DNA of 59,549 bases from a virus (Duplodnaviria > Caudoviricetes), in the IMG/VR virus record IMGVR_UViG_3300042465_001115, positions 1 to 59,549 of that record; one strand, written 5' to 3'. The stretch's first letter is position 1, and the number at the start of each line of letters is the position of its first letter. A program made the translations under genes and the position numbers. Under the pieces are notes generated by a model. It was not told where the DNA came from. It saw nothing but the letters and a program-made list of their open reading frames with translations, and ran no database searches. Below are positions 35,869-45,314 of the stretch, one piece after another.

Positions 35869-38345
35869 GTCAGCCCGTTCCCCGAGATGATCCACGAGGT
35901 CGAAGTGACCTTCACCGCCGTCGCCATGCCATAGGCGGCAAGCGTTCTGCTGCCCGTGGTGCCCGCCCCAGCGAGGTACATCGTGTCCGTGGTGATGGCG
36001 ATGGTGAGCGTATTGATCATGTTGATAAACGTGATCGCGGTGCCGACTGGGAACGGGATCGACCCGTTATTCGGGATCGTGAACGTCCTCGGGTTGTTGT
36101 CCGTGATCGGATGGACGATGGTTTTGCCCGCGTCAGACAGGACCAGCGTGTAGGCGGCGCTCTGAGCGTTTTGTGGAAGACCGAGGTACCCAGGTGCGTC
36201 CACATAGAACGGGTCCGGGGTAGCGTTGCGCAAGAGGCCGTTCCAGCGGCGCACGGACGGCGGTGTAGCGAAATCGGCCAAGTACCCTGGCACGACCGGC
36301 GTGCTGAGAACGGTGCCTTGAGTGACCCCCCCGACCTGTACGTTCTCACCAATCTGCCATGCGATGAAGTTGTTCGGCTTGTAGAGGAAGACGAACGTAC
36401 CAACCGCCGTCACCACGCCCGATGCACCGGAACTCGCTCCGGTGATTGTGTTGCCGACCGCAATCGTACCGGTCACGTTGATGCCGACGCTGGTGCGGTC
36501 GAGTGTAGCCTGCGTGTTATAGATCAGGAACGGACCAGAGGAGCCGCCATTGGCGGTTGGCGCAACGTCGTAGATCTCCTTGCCTTCATAGACATTGCCG
36601 CTGGTGACAAAGTTCTCGATGGTAGCGCTGTACTGGTTGTTCTGCGTAGCCGACGTGGCTCGCAGTATCCACAGGTTGCCGCTGTTGCCAGGGACGGCCG
36701 ACACCGTTCCTTGGGACACACCACCGACCAACACGCTGTTGCCGTTGCCGAAGTTCGTGTTCAGCGTGTTCTGCGTAAACGTCACACGCGAGCCCGACAC
36801 GCTGACCACCTTGCCGGATGCGCCCGTGGTGCCGTCAACGATGGTATTGCCGACCGAGATAGTACCGGTAATCGTCACGCTGATCGTGTTGAGCGAGCGG
36901 AACGTGTTCCCAACGTACTTGATCGTCTCGATGCTGACGCTGGAGTCCGATAGTTGCACCGCTGCGGCTTCAAGGTTCGCCACAGCAGACAGGTTCGACG
37001 CCTCTAGCGAGATCGTGCCGACCTTGCCCGAACTGGTCTGAATAAACAGGAACTGGTCTTCGATCTTGTCGGCCAGCACCGAGTCCCAGCGGAACTGGGC
37101 GCAGGCATTGAAGCGGAAGCCCGACGAGAACGGGGCGGCTGGCACCTGACTGTGAACATGCCAGCAGTTCTGCAAGATCACGTTCGTGTTCGCCCCGGTT
37201 GCACTGTCGCAATCGTAGTCGATGGCCCAGCGCGCCACGCTGGCCGTGTAGTTGCTGATCTGGCCGACGAAGGCGAATGAGCCGGAAGAAGCTGGACAAC
37301 GAATGCCGTCGTAGGCGTCGAGGATTTGCAAGTTGTCGATGATGAATTGGTACGAGAACGCTTCCGCCGCCAACCGCAGGCCCATTCCAAGTCTGACCGC
37401 CGTGCGCGTGGAGGTCGTGGTAGCTTGCGCCTGCCCGTTGACCGACAGCGACTCGCCATTCACCAGCGTCCCGTTACCTGCCAGATACGTCAGCACGCCT
37501 CCAACCACGCTCACCACGCGGCCCCATGCCCCCGAAGTCAGGCCAACGAACTTGTCGCCCGCATTCAGCGCGCCTGTCACCGTGACGCTGATCGTCGAGG
37601 TGCCATCCTGCGGAGTGTTGTAGCGCAGCGTGCCGTTACGCAGGCTCCAGAAATTGATGGTCGTGCCGGTTGGAGCAGTAACAATGTTCGTGTTGTCTGT
37701 GTACTGCTTGATCGTCGCGCCGCACAAGTCGATCTGCACGCCGGTCTTGAGTACCAGCGCTGTGGTGATCTTGTATGTCGCACCAGCCTTGCCGTTCAAT
37801 GTGCCGCCACCTGCTGCGGCCACGGCGTCGATGGCAGCCTGCATCTCGGCGGTGTCGTCATTCAGGTCATTGCCCAGCGCGCCGAACTGTTCGAAAGTAT
37901 ACGAGTGCCGCAGCGCGGCCTGCACCGTGGTTGGCTGCGCACCCGTACCGGTCTGCAAGAAACCGACAAGAGACGCGCCATCGTTGTCGTCCAGGCGAGT
38001 GAACGAAACCTTTTCAGTGTCCACCTCGGCAATAGCCGCTTGAACTGTGCTGGCAGCAACACCGCCTGTAGGGCTGAACCCGATTAGTGCCGCGCCGCCG
38101 TTGGCGGCAAGGGCTGCGGACCTCGCAGCTTCAGAGTCGAGTTCGGCAATGGCCGTGGGGACTGTGGTGGCCGAGATGCCACCTGCTGGCGTGTACGGCA
38201 AGTCCCCGACAAGACCGGCAGCAAGCTGCGACCTGAGGATCCGCTTCGTCTCGTTCGCATCCGTGTCGAAGATGACAAGGTTGTCGTCGTTCGCGGTGCT
38301 GGCACCGGCGATAGGGTTCAGGCCAGGGATGCGCTTAGCTGCCAT
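35865..38345 (-). CDS. Tailspike 2 (beta-helix), 826 aa
   Basis: FGALGNDLNDDTAEMQAAID motif; shares a neck with tailspike 1. Confidence 0.8.
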   Translation of the reverse strand: MAAKRIPGLNPIAGASTANDDNLVIFDTDANETKRILRSQLAAGLVGDLPYTPAGGISATTVPTAIAELDSEAARSAALAANGGAALIGFSPTGGVAASTVQAAIAEVDTEKVSFTRLDDNDGASLVGFLQTGTGAQPTTVQAALRHSYTFEQFGALGNDLNDDTAEMQAAIDAVAAAGGGTLNGKAGATYKITTALVLKTGVQIDLCGATIKQYTDNTNIVTAPTGTTINFWSLRNGTLRYNTPQDGTSTISVTVTGALNAGDKFVGLTSGAWGRVVSVVGGVLTYLAGNGTLVNGESLSVNGQAQATTTSTRTAVRLGMGLRLAAEAFSYQFIIDNLQILDAYDGIRCPASSGSFAFVGQISNYTASVARWAIDYDCDSATGANTNVILQNCWHVHSQVPAAPFSSGFRFNACAQFRWDSVLADKIEDQFLFIQTSSGKVGTISLEASNLSAVANLEAAAVQLSDSSVSIETIKYVGNTFRSLNTISVTITGTISVGNTIVDGTTGASGKVVSVSGSRVTFTQNTLNTNFGNGNSVLVGGVSQGTVSAVPGNSGNLWILRATSATQNNQYSATIENFVTSGNVYEGKEIYDVAPTANGGSSGPFLIYNTQATLDRTSVGINVTGTIAVGNTITGASSGASGVVTAVGTFVFLYKPNNFIAWQIGENVQVGGVTQGTVLSTPVVPGYLADFATPPSVRRWNGLLRNATPDPFYVDAPGYLGLPQNAQSAAYTLVLSDAGKTIVHPITDNNPRTFTIPNNGSIPFPVGTAITFINMINTLTIAITTDTMYLAGAGTTGSRTLAAYGMATAVKVTSTSWIISGNGLT

Positions 38346-38356
38346 GTCTCATCCTC

Positions 38357-38385
38357 AGGAAAAGTAGGGGCCGAAGCCCCTACTT
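38357..38385 (-). terminator. Intrinsic terminator with a UUCG loop
   Basis: AAGTAGGGGC-TTCG-GCCCCTACTT-TTCC on the - strand. Confidence 0.7.
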
Positions 38386-38386
38386 C

Positions 38387-38788
38387 TTAGGTCGCCATGA
38401 TCACCCAGGCGGTGCCATTGCTGACCAACAACGCCCAGTTACCAGCGGTGCCGGTAACGATAGCCGTACCAGCCGTATTCGAGTTGGCAGGAATCACATT
38501 CGACGAGGCAGAGTTCACTGCCTGCGCCTGAATGGTCTTGATAACCAGAATCCGACCGGTCCACGACGCTGCTGCGGGAAGAGTCACGACACACGCAGAA
38601 CCCGTCTTGTTGTTCACAAGGAAGGTCTCGGTGTCGCCAACAGTGAAGTCTGCCGTCTTGATGACCGGAGCCGTAGACGCCAATGCGCCTGCGTTGGTCA
38701 TCAGGCCCGTCACGGTAAGCGTCTGAAGAGTCGCCCGCCCACTGTTGATCGTGACGTTGTCTTGTGCGATGCCGGTATAGACACCCAT
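38387..38788 (-). CDS. Capsid fibre/decoration-like protein
   Basis: VTLPAA..GRILVIK..LVSNGTAW; downstream of the capsid gene. Confidence 0.65.
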   Translation of the reverse strand: MGVYTGIAQDNVTINSGRATLQTLTVTGLMTNAGALASTAPVIKTADFTVGDTETFLVNNKTGSACVVTLPAAASWTGRILVIKTIQAQAVNSASSNVIPANSNTAGTAIVTGTAGNWALLVSNGTAWVIMAT

Positions 38789-38795
38789 GATGATC

Positions 38796-38832
38796 TCTCC
38801 TTTAAGGAGACAGGGGCCGAAGCCCCCATCTC
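38796..38832 (-). promoter_or_regulatory. UUCG hairpin plus a competing RBS-masking hairpin
   Basis: GAGATGGGGGC-TTCG-GCCCCTGTCTC overlaps TCTCCT-TAA-AGGAGA. Confidence 0.5.
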
Positions 38833-39288
38833 TTAGGCGTTGGCGTTCAGAACCAGAGCGAACGCCTTCACCACACAGTCGGTCGGAACCGCCGTGTTGA
38901 GCAGGAGGTCGATGGTGTCTGCCGTCGGGATGACCGAGGGGTTGGCAAGGTCAGCCGCCGAAAGACCCAGCGCGTTTGCCGGATCGTCGTTGGCGTACAC
39001 GTTCGCCGCGTACGGGGTACCACCCGTGAAGCCAAGGTCGAAAGTCGCCGTGGTGTTGGTGGACTCCACCTTCGTCACGACGAGACCCGCCGACAGCACG
39101 ATAGACCCGGCAGGCAGCTTGATCACTTGCATCGTGTCGGTGGCCACCAGCGCGGTAGCACCGGCAGCAGCACGCGCAGCCACGATCTTGGCGAAGTCGA
39201 GTTCGACGGTGAACTTCGACATGCCATGCCCGTCCGGGTACGCCGCCGTACCCTGATTGAACCCGAGAGAGTCGGTGTATGCAGCCAT
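38833..39288 (-). CDS. Capsid decoration/cement-like protein
   Basis: Directly after the major capsid gene; KLPAGSIVL motif. Confidence 0.65.
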   Translation of the reverse strand: MAAYTDSLGFNQGTAAYPDGHGMSKFTVELDFAKIVAARAAAGATALVATDTMQVIKLPAGSIVLSAGLVVTKVESTNTTATFDLGFTGGTPYAANVYANDDPANALGLSAADLANPSVIPTADTIDLLLNTAVPTDCVVKAFALVLNANA

Positions 39289-39303
39289 GATGGTTGCTCC
39301 TCT

Positions 39304-40239
39304 TTAGAACTTGATGACGGAGGTCGCCAGGGCCTCGCCCTTGGTGACCTTGTACCCGTAGACCTGGAGGCCACGGATGATGTTGCCGAAGGTCGACTCC
39401 GAGCGGATGGTTTCCATGTTCGTCATCTGGGACGCGAACGTGAAGCCCATCTTGTGCCCAGCGATGAGGCTGAACTCGGTAGCGCCGCCCACCGACGCCT
39501 TCTTCAGGTTGTGGCTCATGTAGACCGTGAAGCGGTCGATCATGCCGAGACGCCCGTTGCGGACGATGGAGGTGCCGTCGCCCGTGAGCGAAGCGTCCTT
39601 CAGTTCCGACTTCTTGATCAGGCCAGCCATCTTAGCCGGGATGACCACGAAACGGTTGTCCTCAGGGCAGTTCGCCTCGTCCAGCACCGTGCCGAGGTCG
39701 ACCAGCAGGTCGATCACAGCCGTCGTGCCGCCAGCGCCGTCCTTGGTCACGGTCAACGGGGACGTGGTAACGCCCAGGTTGAACGATGCCGAGATCGCGC
39801 CAGCCGTCGCGCCCTTGTTGGTCGACGCCACACCCGGAAGGATGTCGGTCAGAACGCGCTGGTCGATCTTGATCTTCATCCGCTCGGAGGCGTCCTTCGA
39901 CCACGTGTCCATCAGGTTGATGTCGGACTGAACCTTGTCCACATCGTCCTCGACGCAGGCGAAGTACTCGCCCTTGTCGATCAGAAGCTGGATCTTCGGC
40001 TTGTCCGGGTTCTCGACCGTCAGGGTCTGGCCCTTGACGTAGTCACGAATCGTGATCTCCGGCGTAGTGCGGATGTTCACCGTGTCGCCGTACTGGCGAA
40101 TCTCACCTTCGTAGTCGGTGTTGGAGATGGCCGCGAGAACCGTGGCGTCGTAGAAGTTCTCGATGAGCTTCCCGGACCAGATCTCGGGGATGAAGTTGCC
40201 GCTGTAATTCGGGCGGCCGGGAGAGACGGGGTACGTCAT
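39304..40239 (-). CDS. Major capsid protein (P22-coat-like HK97 fold)
   Basis: FIPEIWSGKL..NTDYEGEI..GDTVNI..RGLQVYGYKV; follows the scaffold gene. Confidence 0.9.
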   Translation of the reverse strand: MTYPVSPGRPNYSGNFIPEIWSGKLIENFYDATVLAAISNTDYEGEIRQYGDTVNIRTTPEITIRDYVKGQTLTVENPDKPKIQLLIDKGEYFACVEDDVDKVQSDINLMDTWSKDASERMKIKIDQRVLTDILPGVASTNKGATAGAISASFNLGVTTSPLTVTKDGAGGTTAVIDLLVDLGTVLDEANCPEDNRFVVIPAKMAGLIKKSELKDASLTGDGTSIVRNGRLGMIDRFTVYMSHNLKKASVGGATEFSLIAGHKMGFTFASQMTNMETIRSESTFGNIIRGLQVYGYKVTKGEALATSVIKF

Positions 40240-40255
40240 GATGTATGTCCTCGAA

Positions 40256-41284
40256 TCATGCAGTTACTTGGATGCGATTCTCACGCTGTGCGGTGAAGAT
40301 ATCGCGTTCGATACGATCCCTTTCCTGCTCACGGCCTCGGTACTTACCCGAGCGGACATCATTGAAGAACTTCTTGATGTCCTCAGGAGTATAGACCTTT
40401 CCCTTGTTGGTTTGCGGGGTTCCGGCGCTGCGTGCGCGACCGGGGGTAACCTGCTTCTCCAACTCGGACTTCGCAGCCGGGGCGGGGGAGGATCCTTGGG
40501 TTTGAGCAACGTTGGCTTGTCCAGTGGACTCCAGCCATGTACGGAAGAAAGCCGAGACACGTCGGGCGTCGAGCGCCCGCTGAGCGTCTTCGAGGTACGT
40601 CTGCCGGGTGATCCCGGTCAGCGGATCCATTTCAAGCAGCCATGCCTGGAAGGCTTGGTTGTCGTTGACCTCACGCCAGTTCGACACTGCGGAGGTCAGG
40701 TCAGCCCAGAACTGTTGCTCGGCGGTGACCGCCTGCTTCTGAGCGACCGCCTGAACTTGCGGTACGACATTGGACTGGAACTGCTGTAGGACACCTTCAA
40801 GCTGAGACATCCGCTGCATGACAGCGTTCATCTCCTCCTTGGTGACCTTGCGCATCATGTCAATCGCGTCACCATACTCCTCAACATCTTTCTCAGTCAC
40901 GAGCTTCGCGGGCGGCGTTGCTGTGGCTGCGGCAGGTGCAGAGGCAGCAGGGGTGGGCTGCGACGACAACGATGCGAGCAGTTGCTCCATCTGCTGGATC
41001 CGCTGGTGCAGACGCGGAACCTCAGCGTTGTACATACCCTGAAGGGTCTTGTACTTCTGGGCGAAATCTTCCGAGGCCTTGTCATCACCCGTCTTCTGCT
41101 CAGGCGCGGGTGAAGGAGCGACAGGGTCATTCGGTGCAGGCTCGTCGGCGGCGGAGGACTCAACGGGCGTGACAGGCTCATCGGCTTGAGGGGTCTCCTC
41201 GCCTGATTCCTGGCCAACGTTGAGTTGCTTGTACAACTCCTGGACTGCCTCGGTCTGCTTGCGAATCTGCTCTGGAAGGGCCAT
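40256..41284 (-). CDS. Capsid scaffolding protein
   Basis: Helical, Q/E/P-rich, YKTLQGMYNAEVP; lies between portal and capsid. Confidence 0.75.
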   Translation of the reverse strand: MALPEQIRKQTEAVQELYKQLNVGQESGEETPQADEPVTPVESSAADEPAPNDPVAPSPAPEQKTGDDKASEDFAQKYKTLQGMYNAEVPRLHQRIQQMEQLLASLSSQPTPAASAPAAATATPPAKLVTEKDVEEYGDAIDMMRKVTKEEMNAVMQRMSQLEGVLQQFQSNVVPQVQAVAQKQAVTAEQQFWADLTSAVSNWREVNDNQAFQAWLLEMDPLTGITRQTYLEDAQRALDARRVSAFFRTWLESTGQANVAQTQGSSPAPAAKSELEKQVTPGRARSAGTPQTNKGKVYTPEDIKKFFNDVRSGKYRGREQERDRIERDIFTAQRENRIQVTA

Positions 41285-41326
41285 GTTGAACGCTCCGTAT
41301 CGGTGTGCGTGATTAGACGGCGAGTA

Positions 41327-41542
41327 TCACAACTTTGCCGCGAAACCAGGGGCTGCCTTTACGAGATCGGTAATCTCGTTGAGAACCTGACAGCGCCCCT
41401 GAAAGACTGCCGGGTTTGCAACAGCTTGGGGTAGGCGTTCCAGTTCGGACATACGCCACTCCTCAAGCCATTCCACTACCTCCGGGTGCGTACGCGCCAC
41501 GGAGGCAAGCGACTTGATCACATGAGTTCCGGGCTTGATCAT
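41327..41542 (-). CDS. Small protein between portal and scaffold
   Basis: ATGA coupling; FQGRCQ motif. Confidence 0.7.
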   Translation of the reverse strand: MIKPGTHVIKSLASVARTHPEVVEWLEEWRMSELERLPQAVANPAVFQGRCQVLNEITDLVKAAPGFAAKL

Positions 41543-43596
41543 GCAGCCCTCCCGCTCATGCGACTCTGTACCGTGTTAGCCGCCATCCCACCTTTGGGTT
41601 CGCCGCTGGGGTCGGTCGGAGCCGGGGCTTGTGCTTGCTGCGCCTGCGCAGCCGCCATCGCCCTGCCCTGAATACCGTCCTGGTACGCAGCGTTCTCCCG
41701 AGAAGGGACAACATCTTCCACGGTCATCTGCAATCCCTTGGCCACTTCCCTGAGGATCGTGGCCCGCCCCTTCTTGCCCATAATCTCAAGATCGATGGGG
41801 TTGGCGGTGGCGTTGAGGAACTCAATTCGGCGGAGGTTCACGGTCTCCTTGACCGCAAGGTTGATGGAGCCCTTGGCGATGACCTGAACGTCGCCCTTGA
41901 TGGCTTCATCATCGTCGTAGCGCATGTTGTAGATGAACTGCCGCTCGACGATGGGCTTCACCACATCCGCGTCTATGTGCATGACGACCTGCCGGATGCC
42001 CTTGCCAGCAGCACCCATGAGCATGGACAGCCCGGACGATGTACGCCCAGCCCCCTGCACGTTCAGATCGCCATACACATAGGCCGGAATGCCCGAGTGA
42101 TCGTCAGCCAGACGGCTGAACTTCTCGTAGACACCCATCAGTTCCGCCGCACGCGACTCAGGCTGCGTGAAGCGGATGGCCGGGGCACTGGACCCCACCG
42201 GGTCGTTGATCGTCTGCCAGATCTTCCACGGTGCCAGCGTGGTGATGTCTTCGTTGGGCGGTAAACGTTCGACGTTGACCTCAACCTGAGGTCCGCTGCT
42301 GATGCCCATGTTGTTCACCAGCGCCCGTGCCGCCGCGTTGCACACGGCTTGCAGATCCTCGATGATCTTGGGGATGCCCTTGCCCCAGAAGGCACCGGGG
42401 CACTTGATGAACGAGGTCTTGGTGTAGGGCTTCTCACCCAGCGGGTCGTAGTTCAGCACCGCCTTGATGACGAAGTTCCCCACCAACCAGACGTTGGCGT
42501 CATACTCACGAGCGTCGTCCGGCACGTCCTCCTCGGACATGCCCCACTCCCGCAGCATCTTGCCGCTGACCTTGCCCCAGAACTCCAGGGCGTCGTACAC
42601 ATCAGTCGGACGCATGTAGGAGTAGAACTTGCGCTCCTCCTCGTCCTTGATCAACTCGACATCCTCGTTGATCCACGACTGCCCGTTGCCGATCTCCAGC
42701 AGCTTGCGGATGGCATCTTCGTCGTACCCAGGCACGCCGATCAGGTCGGACAACTGCATCCGCGACAGCGGGTGGTACTCGAAGAGGTAGCCCTCGTTGA
42801 TGTTGCTGATCCCCGGCTCGGGGTAGATGTAGAACGGATCGACCCGCTCGTACTCCGGTGCCAGCCGCTCGATGGGCTCAACCGTAGTGCGCCCCGTGGC
42901 GTCGACCTTCCAACCCAGCGCCCGCTGCCTGCGCACAACTGGCCCCTTGACGAACGCAGCCGGGAACGTCACGAGGTCCGTGATGAAGTCGTTGAACGCC
43001 TGTTCCCAGCCGCCCTGGACGAACTGGTCCTGGATCTTCTGCTTCATCCGGTCGGCACGAGTCTGTGCCCCCTGAAGCACGGCGAAGCGGTAGTCCTGCG
43101 CGACCATCTCGCGCATCTGTGACATCTCCTCCTGGTTGGGAGCCTTGCCGAACTCCTGCACCATGCGCAGCACACGCTCAGCGAACTGAGCCTGGATCTC
43201 CTTCGACTGTGTGGGCGACAGGTCGGGGATGGGCGTAGCCTCCAGGTCCCACGGGGGAGAGCCGGTATCGAGCAGGATGTCCCGCAGCCACGACTCAGCC
43301 GCACGGCACTTGACCTCGGTGATCATCATGTAGATCTCCGAGCCACCCTGATCGCGGATCTGCTTGAGCTTGTCCGCCTCGTACTCGCCGTTGCGCTGCC
43401 GCAGCGCACGCAGCATCTCGTTCTCGATGGGCTTCTTCGCCATCTGAGCCCGGTCCCAGCAACCCCGTAGGTACGCCGCCAGACCGAGGATAACCGGCTG
43501 ATTCTGACGCGCCTGCAACGCCCGGTCCGCTGCCGCCTGCTCCTGACGAGCAAGTTCAGCGTTACCGACGACCCGCAGGAATGTCAGACCGGCCAT
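41539..43596 (-). CDS. Portal protein, 685 aa (ATG at 43596)
   Basis: Position after terminase; FWGKGIP, GRTSSGLSMLM, KGDVQVIAKG. Confidence 0.85.
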   Translation of the reverse strand: MAGLTFLRVVGNAELARQEQAAADRALQARQNQPVILGLAAYLRGCWDRAQMAKKPIENEMLRALRQRNGEYEADKLKQIRDQGGSEIYMMITEVKCRAAESWLRDILLDTGSPPWDLEATPIPDLSPTQSKEIQAQFAERVLRMVQEFGKAPNQEEMSQMREMVAQDYRFAVLQGAQTRADRMKQKIQDQFVQGGWEQAFNDFITDLVTFPAAFVKGPVVRRQRALGWKVDATGRTTVEPIERLAPEYERVDPFYIYPEPGISNINEGYLFEYHPLSRMQLSDLIGVPGYDEDAIRKLLEIGNGQSWINEDVELIKDEEERKFYSYMRPTDVYDALEFWGKVSGKMLREWGMSEEDVPDDAREYDANVWLVGNFVIKAVLNYDPLGEKPYTKTSFIKCPGAFWGKGIPKIIEDLQAVCNAAARALVNNMGISSGPQVEVNVERLPPNEDITTLAPWKIWQTINDPVGSSAPAIRFTQPESRAAELMGVYEKFSRLADDHSGIPAYVYGDLNVQGAGRTSSGLSMLMGAAGKGIRQVVMHIDADVVKPIVERQFIYNMRYDDDEAIKGDVQVIAKGSINLAVKETVNLRRIEFLNATANPIDLEIMGKKGRATILREVAKGLQMTVEDVVPSRENAAYQDGIQGRAMAAAQAQQAQAPAPTDPSGEPKGGMAANTVQSRMSGRAA

Positions 43597-43597
43597 G

Positions 43598-43801
43598 TCA
43601 CTTCTTGGGTTCGGAAGCCCGAGGAGCCGGAGGCTTGACCCCCATGCGCTTCTCAGCGTCTGCACGCTCCTTGCCCTTGAGCGAGGAGATCATGTCGATG
43701 TCCTGAGGAACTTTCGGCGCAGACGCTGCCTTCGCCGGACCCTTGGTCACAAGCCCACCCGTCTGGTAGGACTTGAACGGTTTGCCTTGTCCACACTTCA
43801 T
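43598..43801 (-). CDS. Small basic protein, 67 aa (SYQTGGLV)
   Basis: GGAG RBS; ends 1 nt before the portal ATG. Confidence 0.7.
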   Translation of the reverse strand: MKCGQGKPFKSYQTGGLVTKGPAKAASAPKVPQDIDMISSLKGKERADAEKRMGVKPPAPRASEPKK

Positions 43802-43845
43802 GGAGTATCTCCAGTAGCCTCACGACAAGTATACAGGTGTTGCGC

Positions 43846-43878
43846 AAAAGAAAAAGCCCCCCGTGTTACCGGAGGGCT
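43846..43878 (-). terminator. Intrinsic terminator after terL
   Basis: AGCCCTCCG-GTAACA-CGGGGGGCT-TTTTCTTTT. Confidence 0.8.
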
Positions 43879-43925
43879 AACCTCGATCAGAGGAGGAGAC
43901 AAGGGAGTGAACCGAGAGGAGCATA

Positions 43926-45314
43926 TCACGTCCAGCCCACAGGGGAAGACCTTTTCACCTCCCGACGCTGTGACATGGCGTGCCCCTCCCCAGCGTTGCC
44001 CACGTGGAGCATGAAGTACTGGAGGGCTTCCGCGATGTGGGAGTGGGAGTTCTTGTCGATCTGCCCGTCCCCCTTGGGCTTGTACCGGTAGCCCCCCATC
44101 ATGGCCGCCTTGAGCCTCGTGCACCTGGGGTCCACCAGGAACGCCGGGTCCCCGTCCACCTGCCGCATGAGGTAGTCGTCCACCGCGTTGATCCGCGCCG
44201 AGACGCTGTTGGTCTTGGCCGGGATGACCCGCATCCCCTCCGCCTTGATGATGTCCACCGCGCTGCGCTCGTCGGTCTGTGCGCGCTGCACCCCTGCGGG
44301 GTCAACGACGATGAGCACCGGAGCCCCCGGAAACCGCTCGTAGAGCAACGGCTTGAGCTTCGTCCGCAGGAACCGCTGCACCCCCATGTCGAACGAGACA
44401 CACTCGTCAAGCACGAGCGCCCGCCCCCTGGGGTCCTGCTGCCCGATGACAGCCGCAGGCGTGAGACCCAAGTCCATCCCGATGAGCACGGGCCGCACCC
44501 CGTTGAGCGTGAAGCGCAGCCGCTCCTTCGCCATGTGGTAGTCCGGCCTGAAGTACTTGTACACCGGCATCCCCGCCGATGACAGCCCGTACTCCCCATC
44601 GATGTAGACCCGGATGTATTCCTCCGAGCGACCCTGGGTGTCGTAGTACCCCTCGGGCAGGTTCTCCACGTTCTCGGCGTACGGACTACGCCCGGAGGGC
44701 TGCTTGAACACATCCCACCCGTTGTCGTTGAGCGACACGCCGTCCTTGGGATCGAGGTGCTCAAGCTGGTAGTACCACCACGTATCCATCGTGGGTGGGT
44801 TCGTATCCCCCCACATCCCATGCCATGTGGGCCCACCGTCCTTCTTCGACGGGAAGCGTCCGATCCGCTTGGACATGGCGTCCACGATGTCGGGGTGGAT
44901 GTCCCGGCACTCGTTGAACCACGCTCCTGTCAACTCCAGCGAGTTGAGGTTGGCTACGTCGTCGGCGTCATCCAGCGCCCGGAACATGATCTCCGCCTCG
45001 ACATCCCCCACCTTGAAGAAGTAGGTCTTCGTCGTGCGCATGTAGTCCCCACACTCCCCCGGTGGGAACCAGTCCAGGAACGTCTTGATCGTCGTGTCTT
45101 GTAGCTGCCGCGCAGTCTCACGGACCACAGCGAAGCGGGTGCGCCGCTTTCCACGAGCGTCAGGTGCCTGTGCACTGGCCCTACGGATGATCTCGAAGGA
45201 GCACGTCACCGACTTGCCCGAGCCCACGGGGCCCATGAGAACGCGCATCTTGGCATCGCTCTGCATGAACCGCGCCCCTGTGGGCGGCGGGGTGTAGTTG
45301 ATCTCAAGCGGCAT
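43926..45314 (-). CDS. terL: Terminase large subunit
   Basis: GPVGSGKS Walker A, WFNE Walker B, DTNPP, GMDLG nuclease motif, HIAEALQY. Confidence 0.92.
   Translation of the reverse strand: MPLEINYTPPPTGARFMQSDAKMRVLMGPVGSGKSVTCSFEIIRRASAQAPDARGKRRTRFAVVRETARQLQDTTIKTFLDWFPPGECGDYMRTTKTYFFKVGDVEAEIMFRALDDADDVANLNSLELTGAWFNECRDIHPDIVDAMSKRIGRFPSKKDGGPTWHGMWGDTNPPTMDTWWYYQLEHLDPKDGVSLNDNGWDVFKQPSGRSPYAENVENLPEGYYDTQGRSEEYIRVYIDGEYGLSSAGMPVYKYFRPDYHMAKERLRFTLNGVRPVLIGMDLGLTPAAVIGQQDPRGRALVLDECVSFDMGVQRFLRTKLKPLLYERFPGAPVLIVVDPAGVQRAQTDERSAVDIIKAEGMRVIPAKTNSVSARINAVDDYLMRQVDGDPAFLVDPRCTRLKAAMMGGYRYKPKGDGQIDKNSHSHIAEALQYFMLHVGNAGEGHAMSQRREVKRSSPVGWT

Noticed and set aside
26363-38345. Diversity-generating retroelement or invertible tail-fibre system
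   Set aside because: No reverse transcriptase or invertase, and no adenine-specific TR/VR pair was seen.
39286-39306. Major capsid and decoration genes are in frame, separated by TAA plus 15 nt (possible read-through fusion)
   Set aside because: One-in-three chance, TAA is rarely leaky, and the downstream gene has its own AGAGGAG RBS.
41285-41326. Weak hairpin over the scaffold RBS (P22-like autoregulation)
   Set aside because: The stem is short and interrupted, which is insufficient evidence.
8700-45300. Many long + strand ORFs opposite structural genes (for example 11740-13335 and 18566-19834) and - strand ORFs opposite early genes
   Set aside because: These are antisense shadows expected from high GC3; they lack RBSs and recognisable motifs.
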